Part shown: positions 54,905-64,000 of the stretch, piece after piece | Position numbering within the stretch: the stretch's first letter is position 1 | Layout: each line of letters starts with the position of its first letter | From: Eledone cirrhosa | Lineage: Eukaryota | Direction of reading: 5' to 3' | Length of the DNA stretch: 64,000 bases | NCBI GenBank assembly: GCA_964016885.1 | Contig: OZ024743.1 | Coordinates: forward strand, 185,690,001 to 185,754,000 | Made by a program: the position numbers and the translations under genes | The notes under the pieces: generated by a model | What the model saw: the letters and a program-made list of their open reading frames with translations, nothing else | Databases searched by the model: none | What the model was told of the DNA's origin: nothing

Positions 54905-55478
54905 AAGAAGGCTGAGGGTGTCTTAGCATCACTCAGCAAGACCTTTGTCAGCCGCACTCCAGCTATCTATTTAAAACTGTACATAGCTATGGTGTGGCCA
55001 CACTTAGAATTTGCATCACCAGTCTAGAACCCCTATCTTGCTCAGAACATTGACCATGTGATCCATTGTTGCATTGTGTCCAGGTCAGATTGCAGGCAAG
55101 ATCTATAGTGTTCAGGATCTGTCCTTTTTATCTCAATTTCCTGAACATGCCCACAAAGTCAGAAAACAGCACAGCTCCCATGACTTGCAGAAACATTTTC
55201 ATTTTTTTCACGCTCAGAGTTGCTGAAGCATGGAACAAACTACCTGTATCAGTTGTTAGCTGTCGAAACACTGCATCCTTTAAAACCTCCATGCTTCCCG
55301 AGATTCGCCAACAGTACACCTAATGTTCCCCCTCGATACACATACACACTTGTATATCATGACTCACTATTCACTTCCCTGACATTTGTATATTATTCTA
55401 TGTACTATACATGCACCTTTGACGAGTTGTAGTGCACCTGAGCACTTTACACAATTATTTCATTATTATTATTATTAT
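54905..55478 (+). mobile_element. CR1-type LINE 3' end with (ATT)n tail
   Basis: LKLYIAMVWPHLEFASPV*NPY, FFTLRVAEAWNKLP. Confidence 0.85.
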
Positions 55479-55479
55479 G

Positions 55480-55790
55480 AAATAAAAGCTTCTATTTATG
55501 TTGATGCCAGTCCATTGGATTTGATGACATATTTGTACAATATGACTCAAAAGGTGAATAATCAAATATCCTATGCATTCAAAACATGTTAAAAAAATCA
55601 AACAACAACATGAAAAGGAAGGATTTCCAGTGACAAGGGCATGTGAAAAATTCCCACTTATCTTTATGGGAAGAGTGCTGAACATCTTTAGTGACCATTA
55701 ACCAGAATTAACATTATTTATTGTAAAAGGAAAGCTTTCACTAAAAAATACTTTGTTGGATACTGAGAGTGATGTTCTACAATTGCCAGT
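55480..55790 (+). pseudogene. Decayed Gypsy RNase H remnant
   Basis: YVDASP, EKEG..V..ACEKF, YLYGK, SDH fragments across frames. Confidence 0.55.
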
Positions 55791-58499
55791 CACAGCACAT
55801 TAAAGACATCCACAATCCAGCAAGTGTCACATCAACCAACTGCAAAGTATGTTATTGATAATGCTATTATGTTTGATATGTTAATTTATAATTAAATATG
55901 CAATTTTTAAGTTCATTATTTTATGCAATTTGTTAAAACATGCAAAAATTCAATGACTGGCTCAATTATAGAAGCACTATGAATGGGTCAATTTTACAAT
56001 GCTGATTTCAGAAGTTCTGAGTTTCGCTGGAGATATGGTTTTTACATATGGCCTCCAGCCATAAGCATATGTACTTTGGAATATTCTGATCAATAGCAGC
56101 ACTTCATGCCATTAAATTGTAAAAGTACTAACCAAAGAAACTACTGTAAATCAGAACAGATGTGTCTTGGATTCTTGAGAAGATGTTTATTTAATATATG
56201 ATATTGGTGAATGCTATCAGTACCTACTAGATCCTGGAGCAGACACATACTAAATGTTTGGTGAGTAATTTGAACTGTTAAAATGCTGAACTCTCACTTT
56301 CACACTCAGCCCTATTTAGTGGTGCCTGTATCATAATGAGGTGACACAAGAGAGAGTTTGTTTGGCAGAAATGATCAAATTGTACATGCCATATGGAGAA
56401 CTTTTGATGCCAGCGAGTGTTCAACTCCTGCTGTTTACCTCTGGTCATACCAAACTTTGAGATACCTGTTGTAGAAAATGGAATAATTGCTGGGTGCTTC
56501 ATTAGCTCTTCAGTGAACGGTTCAATTGTCAATGTTATGGAAGTCAAAACCATCTAAATTTGGCAATTAATAGAAATAATTCATACATGATTGGTTCCAC
56601 CCTCCACAACATAAACCACGATACGTAGCCAATATCACAGACTTTTATGAAGCACTGAGAGGATAAAGTTAATATAAAAAGTGATGTGCTCATGTGTATA
56701 TAAAATAGCTTATGAAATAGGGTGAATACTCATAAAGAAGGAAAAAGAAGTTGCTATCAGCCGTTCGAGGAATCAAACACTGACAACAATTTCTTTTTAA
56801 GCTATTTTATAGAAGTTCCATGCATGGGCACACCACTCTTTATATTAACCATAAACCACAATAATTTCCTAAAAATAAGACTAATAATGCTTTTTATAAA
56901 AGATAGAATGCCAAATCTTCCAATCTTTCCTTATTTCAATTGAATCATCAATTGGTAGTAACTTTGATTGTGAAAGGTCCTCACTATTTATAAAAGCCAA
57001 TTCTAAAAACATGGCTATTTGTACATTCTTTTTAGTTGCTAATGTAGTTGTTATTTGACCTCTGTCCAGCCCCAGTCAAACAGATTTATGACCAAAGGCT
57101 TTCTAGCTGTGACCATCCCATCGCATTTCTGAATGTTTACCTCAGACTATGTTATTCAATACATCTTCCTTTTATAGATGTGTTTCTATTACTAGCGGAC
57201 CAAGCAGCCATGTAGTGACTTCATCATTGGCTGCATTTAAAAAAAATAAAATAACCTATATTGTCCTGGGTCAGTTATATAGGACAGCACAACAGGATGT
57301 ATCAAATATCAAGGAGAAAGAAACTACCAGCTGCTAAAAACTAATTAATTCAAACTGTTTCGTAGAGCATGGAAAAGCACATTTAGATGTATTTTAAACA
57401 GTGTAAATATTCTGGAAGATTCCATAAATGTGAGTACAAAACATGTCTCTATATATTATATTTGATATCATGGTTAAGTTTGCAAATAACATGTGAGACA
57501 CTTTTCAATTCCTGTATATAGGTTTGTTAAATTAGAACATATGCTGGCAAGAATAAGTTAAATGATTAGCAGCTTTCAATAAATATTTCACCTCTTGATA
57601 GTTATTTTGATCTGAGTTTTCTCTATGATAATTGACAAGTAAAGATTATTTAAGACTTTTGTGCTATTTATTTACAGATGTACTTGTATCTATGGTTTTA
57701 TCATATTGTAAGAAAAGAAAGAAGACTTGTATTGAATTGAGAAGTTCAGTTACAGTATATTAGTTTGTTTGGGATTATGCCTGTGGGAATTGACAGATCA
57801 TAATATTAAGTATGTTTGTGTTATTATATGAGCTGAACTTGACATACACAATCATATGTACATATGTGCATATTCACACACATAACACACATACACAATC
57901 TCAAATTAACTGTAGACACACTTACAAATACTAACAGAAATATATACATATACATTCATATGTACAAATGTATGCACAATCACTCACAAATGTTCAAAAA
58001 TATATGTGTACACGTGCTATGTGTATCCAGGTTTTTATAGTAGGTACACCATATCCCTGCATGTTACAAAAGGTGACTAAAAACGTTGGTGTTATGAAGG
58101 ACATCCAACTGTAAAACATTGTCACAAATCATCCTGTCCAACTAGAATCAGCTTGTGACATATATGATAACGCACTTACTATTATATAATGAATTATTAA
58201 AGAAAAGCACTTTAAGATATGAATAAGTTGAAAGTATTGTCAAACAATGTATGTACACATTGTTTGTATATGTTAATATAGGTTTCAGAAATGAGTTAAT
58301 CATACTTTGATATAGGTGGTTCCACTTCGATGAACATTTTGTTTTATGATATCTTGTTTTTCTTACATTCTATTCATGTATGTACATATAGACCTGTAAC
58401 TCCTGATGGTGCTGTCATGACTTACTGTGTGTCTAGGTTATTTTAAACTTGGTGACGGCCATAACTTTCCAGGCCTGAACACAGATGATTTCTTAAAAA

Positions 58500-58625
58500 A
58501 AGGAAAGGGTGAGAAAGAGATATAAAGGAAGAATCAACTCCAGTACTGGATTGGTACTTCTTTTATTGACCCGAAAGGATGAAATGCAAAGTTGACCTTG
58601 ACAGGATTTGAACTCAGAGAGCAGG
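58500..58625 (-). mobile_element. tRNA-derived SINE fragment
   Basis: Minus-strand B-box-like gagttcaaatcc followed by gtcaactttgcatttcatcc; related pieces near 51610-51665 and 59450-59550. Confidence 0.55.
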
Positions 58626-58879
58626 AACGAATACCTCAAAGCATTCTGAAGTTCTAACACCTTACATTCTATTCTTAGACTAAACAATTTATTTACTCTA
58701 ATCATTGATGTTGTTTGCACTACCATATATGGTAAATGAAGTGGCCTGGAACTTTGTAATAATAGAATTATTTGTTTATTCAAAACAAACAACTTAAAAG
58801 AATAGTTCACATTCTTTTGGAAACCTCTCAGTAAGCACTGGAAGGTAAACTCCAAGTTTACCTTCCAGTGCTTGAGTCA

Positions 58880-58914
<35 letters not shown>

Positions 58915-59629
58915 ATGAGTGTGTGTTGTGTACATGAGTGTGTGTGTGTGTGTGGGGTGTCTGGTTAAGGGAATCTATTGCATGTGTGCTCTTAGTACTA
59001 ATTTCTCATCTGCAGAATACAAAGTCTGCCTTTTCTGTTAACCTGCCTGTAATCCCACTCTTGTATGGTGATAGATTACACTGTGTGTACTTTATGGAGT
59101 TTTATCCCCATCTAACACACTGATCTGTTTATACCCAAACCAATCCACCACTGCTCCTTAGTAACTATTCTCATCATCACCTCACCCCCCACTCTATCCT
59201 ACATTACTGTGGCTGCCATTATGTAATGGATGTTACCTCTGGCTCATCCATAACTAACTCTTCCATCACTCTTTAGTAACTATTTTCATCATCCCTACTA
59301 TACCTTTCAACTCTATCTAAGGTCACTCTCACCTCTTTTAATGGTAAGATTCATAGTTAAAATTTTGTCAGTATAGTATAAGTGGTGAAAGATATATTTT
59401 GTTGGATGTCATATTAAATTCTTACCGTTTTTTTGTTATATCTCTTTACATTCAGAGTTAAAATCCCACCATTGATTGCTTATACTTTATCTTTTATTCT
59501 TCTGGTGTTGATAAAGTAAGTGGCAGTCAAGAATAGAATGGATTTTATTGATTGCCTCCGCCTTTCCATAAGTTATGTCTTTACGAATGTTATGAATTAA
59601 TTTGCCAAAAAAAGAGTTGGGAGGTCTCT

Positions 59630-60042
59630 TCAGTTGTGAAGACCCATACAATCCTTGCTAGCAGGGAAAGCTGATGTTAAATAATAATAATGATGATGAT
59701 TCACTGAATACTTTAGTGTTGTAATGAGGTTGTGTTGGTGGCATGATAAAGAGGACCCAGTCCACCTTCTAAAGTGGTAGTGTTGGTACTCTGACGTAAA
59801 GCACTTTGTCCACCTTCTAAGGTGGTAGTGCTGGTGTAATGCAAAAATGCTCCTAGTGTATTCTGTAAAGTGGTAGGCATCCAGCCATAGAAACCAAGTT
59901 GAAGGGGTATGGGAGCATATCAATACAACATAGTCATTCGACCAGTCTGGCCTCAGTACATGATAATCCATCTAACCCATGCAAGCATGGAAAATAGACA
60001 TTAAATGATGATGATAATGATGATGATAATGATGATGATGAT
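59630..60042 (+). mobile_element. Old RTE-tailed SINE fragments
   Basis: ggcatccagccatagaaacc module and ccatgcaagcatggaaaatagacattaaa(tga)n tail. Confidence 0.65.
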
Positions 60043-60104
60043 ATCAAATTGGATGCAGAAGGATGGAAGAAAATTTTTGAAAAATAAAGATAAGCACTTA
60101 CTAA

Positions 60105-60316
60105 CCATTTAGCATTTACATTACTCTATATTTGCTATCATATTTTAATGGTAAAGGCTTTACCTCACATAATTATCTCATATAATATCGAATCTATGAG
60201 ATTTTGATATTATTTATTTTGAGAACAATACCTTAACATCAATATGAGTGGCCAGTTACAGCTGGTTTGAACAGAAAGAGGTGAGAGAATTCTGGCCGGG
60301 TATGGCCAGTTTAAAT
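60105..60316. mobile_element. piggyBac-type MITE, second copy
   Basis: Homologous to 52337-52525. Confidence 0.72.
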
Positions 60317-61227
60317 AAAGGACGAAGGGAGTCTTAGATGGATACATTTTTAGAAGATGTGTTTTGATGATAGTGGGTTTTAGAATTGGCATATTCAGAT
60401 TTGAAGTTAGCATTGAAGTTCCAGTTGAAATGGAGGAAAAGGTAGTAATACAATGGGGGAGGTGTAGGTTATTTTTAGAAGTTATTAAGTGCTAGTTGTT
60501 GTTGCTTAGCCTCAGGTCAACCCTGATTAAGCAGACCTTTGATCAAAGGTCTTTTAGCCATGAAACCATCCCATCTTTTTAAAGGTGTTGAGGACATTGT
60601 CTAGTGTATGCTTTCTATATTTAATGTAATGGACTGTCATTTAAATGAGATTTGTCTATTTCTTGCAAGTTGAATGACAGTGAAGAGTCTCCTTTATTGG
60701 ATTGTGTATGAGTGCCTGTGACATGGATATGAGTTATTTTAGATTATAGCCACTGTTAGTTTTGTCTCACACTCTGTTTATCTCCTATGTATACATACAT
60801 TGATAACATTACTAATCATCCCAATACTGAAATAGTAAAAACACATATATAACTAAGACCAGTGGTGGACTTACATATAAGCTACAGCATAGGACCACAC
60901 ACTCTCGGGGAGTCTCTGTTAAAATATATTTTTATTTTATCATTAGTTTTTATTCTTTGACACTAATTCATTATATATATCATCATCATCATCATCATCA
61001 TACGTCCGCTTTTCCCATATATTAAGGGAGCTCATAGATTGAACAACACACTGTTTTTCATAGGGGTAAGTTTTTATTAATTTTCCTATTCTGAAAGATC
61101 AAAATACAACAAAATGTTTGCTCATTGGACTCCGGGGAAATGTTCTGACAAAAGCTGTGGATGCTACAGAAATATTCCATATATTTTGCCAGAGCAATCT
61201 CTATTTAAATTTTACATTTTACGTTTA

Positions 61228-61572
61228 CTTGCCCCCCATTGCAAAATGGCCATAAATTCAAATTTTGAAAAGAGAGGAAAAGGGACAAGTGAACTATGAA
61301 CTTGATACATCTCACTGCCCCCGCCACCACAATAATGTCTACACTCGCTCCCTACCACCACCACCACATAAATCATTACCCTATCTACACTAAGGTGTCT
61401 GACTTGTTGCCAAACTCCTTTCTCTGTGTTGAATGTGTGTGTGTGTATATATATATATATGTATGTATATATATATATGTATGTATATATGTATATATAT
61501 ATATATCACCGATCTGTTGCTAAACTCCTTTCTCTGTGTTGAATGTGTGTGTGTATATATGTATATATATGC

Positions 61573-61638
<66 letters not shown>

Positions 61639-62219
61639 TCATCATCATCATCATCACCGTTTTACGTCCGTTCTTCCACGCTAGCATGGGTTAGATGGGT
61701 TGTCCTGTTGCGGGCAGTGTCTGGTCGGCTGACCATGCCTTGCTCATACAGGAACTGATCTGGCTTGATTTCTACAGCTGGATGCCCTTCCTAACACCAA
61801 CCTCATTTACAGTGAGTGCTGGGTGCTTTTTCGTGGCGCCTACACGTCCACTTTACAGTGTGGACTGGGTGCTTTTTTGCCGTGGCACCTCCACGACGAC
61901 CTTGCAGTGGAGGGTGTGGGGGCATATTGTCTATATGCTTCAGCTTGTACCCATGGGTGGTCGGGTACTCTGTATTACTGCGTGACGCCAGAAGTCATGG
62001 TCGTGTGTCATTGCCTTTGAGAGGTGTAATTGGGTAAGGTCGGCTTTTATCACCTCATCCCAGGTCATCTTGGGTCTCCCCGCTCCATGGTTTCCATTCT
62101 TGGGCCTCCCCACTCCGCGGTATATATATATATATATATATATCAGTCGATGTGACCAGATTTCAACACAACAACAACAACTACAGCAACAACACCATTG
62201 TCTGTGTTGAATGTGTATG

Positions 62220-62250
<31 letters not shown>

Positions 62251-62790
62251 GTATGTGTATATATCACACATGCGAAACGACCAAATTTCAACCCAGCGAC
62301 TACAACAACAGCAACAACACCATTGTTTGCAGCAGCAGCATCAGTGAAATGAACAACAACGGCAACAACAACAACGACAATAATAACAACTGCCATCACC
62401 ATCACTGACACTATCCACCACCACCACCACCATTACCATCACTGACACCATCCACCACCACCATCACTGACACCATCCACCACAACCACCATCACCTTCA
62501 CTGACACCATCCACGACCATCACCATCACCAATGATCAGACCTTAAGAAGAAGAAAACAACTATAATAATAGTAATAACTATTCTGTTCTTGGCGTGGGG
62601 CAGCGATTGTCCCAGCGCATTGCTGGTGCCTTGTTTTGGGCCTGGAGCATGGAGGGCCGTTGCTCTATGCTGTAAAGCAAACAATTATTATTATTATAAT
62701 AATACTGAACTGTAACACTCGGCTTCTATTATATGAGCTCTTTCTAAAGTCAACTGTTGACATGATCTTGTATCAGTACTGACAGTAATA
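61228..62790 (-). repeat. Second (inverted, interrupted) copy of the 31897-32604 repeat
   Basis: 61228-61320 matches 32514-32604 reversed; 62150-62790 matches 31897-32345 reversed. Confidence 0.68.
61636..62120 (-). mobile_element. RTE family B 3' end
   Basis: Matches 11216-11680. Confidence 0.92.
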
Positions 62791-62794
62791 TGTA

Positions 62795-63768
62795 TGTGTG
62801 TGTGTGAGTGGCGTGTGTGTGTTTGTATGCATGAGTGTTGGTGTGTGAGTGGCGTGTGTATTTGCATGCATGAGTGTTGGTGTGTGAGTGAGTGTGTGTG
62901 TGTGTGCCGTGAGTGTCAATAAGTGTTTTTTTTTGTTATGACCATGTAGTAAAATGGAGGGGTAGAGAGGGCCTATGAGTCCAGTAAGACAGCCTCTCTA
63001 GTGCTGGTGGCACGAATAAAAGCACCCAGTCTATGCTGTAAAGTAGCACTGGTGTTAGGAAGGGCATCCAACCAGTGTATCAATGCCAAAACAATTATGA
63101 GCACAGCAACAAATATATACCATGTTAGGGCTGCGCACGGTAGTGGGGCGGCTGGTGCAACCATGTGCGAGAACCCCCTGACCGTCTTCAAGCAATCGCA
63201 CTACAGGAAAAGGAACAACAAAAATATGAAGACGTCGCATCTCAGAGTTGCAACACTTAATGTTGGCACTCTCACAGGTAGATCTGGTGAAATAGCAGAG
63301 ATGCTGGAGAGAAGGCATGTGGATGTGTGCTGCGTGCAAGAGGTGAGATGGAGAGGTGCCTCTGCGAGACTAATCACAGGCAAATATCTTAGTTATAAGC
63401 TTTTCTGGGTGGGTAAGGATGATGGGTTAGGGGGAGTAGGCATTTTCCTGGCTGAGAGATAGATCAATAAGACAGTAGAGGTAGTTCGAGTTAATAATCG
63501 AATAATTAAGCTTAGATTAGTTGTAGGCAGGAGACTACTGACAATCATCTCTGCCTATGCTCCCCAAGCAGGCCAAGGTAAAGAAGAGAAAGACTGCTTT
63601 TACGAGCAACTTTTACAAACAGCCGCAATGACAGAGGACGGAGACATCGTTATGCTAGCAGGGGACTTCAATGGTCATGTTGGACAGCTCCAGGATGGTT
63701 ACACTGGGGTACATGGTGGGCACGGTTACGGCTCAAGAAATGAAGAAGGAGTGAGACTTCTTGAGTTT
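62795..63768 (+). mobile_element. RTE family C 5' fragment (UTR + APE, TGG>TAG stop)
   Basis: ORF 63001-63462 and in-frame continuation to RLLEF; homologous to 39360-40220. Confidence 0.92.
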
Positions 63769-64000
63769 AAATAATTACACACAATTATTATTTTTTATAT
63801 TAATGTCAATGATAAAGAATATATAATATATATATCTATATACATATATATATAAAATATTAAAAAAATAATGAATAAAACAATGAAACAGTTCCTTATA
63901 TTAAACAAAAAAAGTTCATTATTTAACGATCGTTTCTAGGACATATATGTGTTAGAATTGGCATGCATATTTAACAGATCTATGTACAAAATTATACAAA

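Noticed and set aside
56278-57240. Possible minus-strand host exons (56439-56553 and about 57140-57230) with AG/GT boundaries
   Set aside because: No recognisable protein, the second has stops in all frames, and there is no transcript evidence
63905-63980. Possible minus-strand hammerhead (GAAACGATCGTT palindrome)
   Set aside because: No CUGANGA-like core could be placed

Overview
Gene-poor, AT-rich animal genomic DNA made almost entirely of transposable elements nested in very long (TA)n-type microsatellites. The repeat style suggests a coleoid cephalopod such as Octopus, which is an inference. Contents: three RTE-clade LINE families (A, B, C), including one intact 1056-aa APE-RT ORF at 1954-5124; Penelope-like elements (PLEs), including an open 695-aa RT/GIY-YIG ORF at 36465-38552 and a GC-rich Neptune-type copy; a Tx1/L1 fragment with a 10-bp TSD; an inverted CR1; an old Gypsy remnant; an internally deleted DD37D Tc1/mariner; and MITEs and SINE fragments. 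The hidden layer is RNA structure. Read by eye, the short non-coding islands between the TA tracts carry about ten unrelated families of type I hammerhead ribozyme motifs, most with palindromic stem III and several with core variants. Many sit in near-perfect fold-back palindromes with 120-260-bp arms, in tandem copies, or in a terminally redundant unit, so they look like PLE pseudo-LTR / retrozyme-like mini-elements that target TA repeats. No host gene is confidently identified, and most ORF-track entries are microsatellite or antisense artefacts. All coordinates and folds were determined by eye, and boundaries are approximate.
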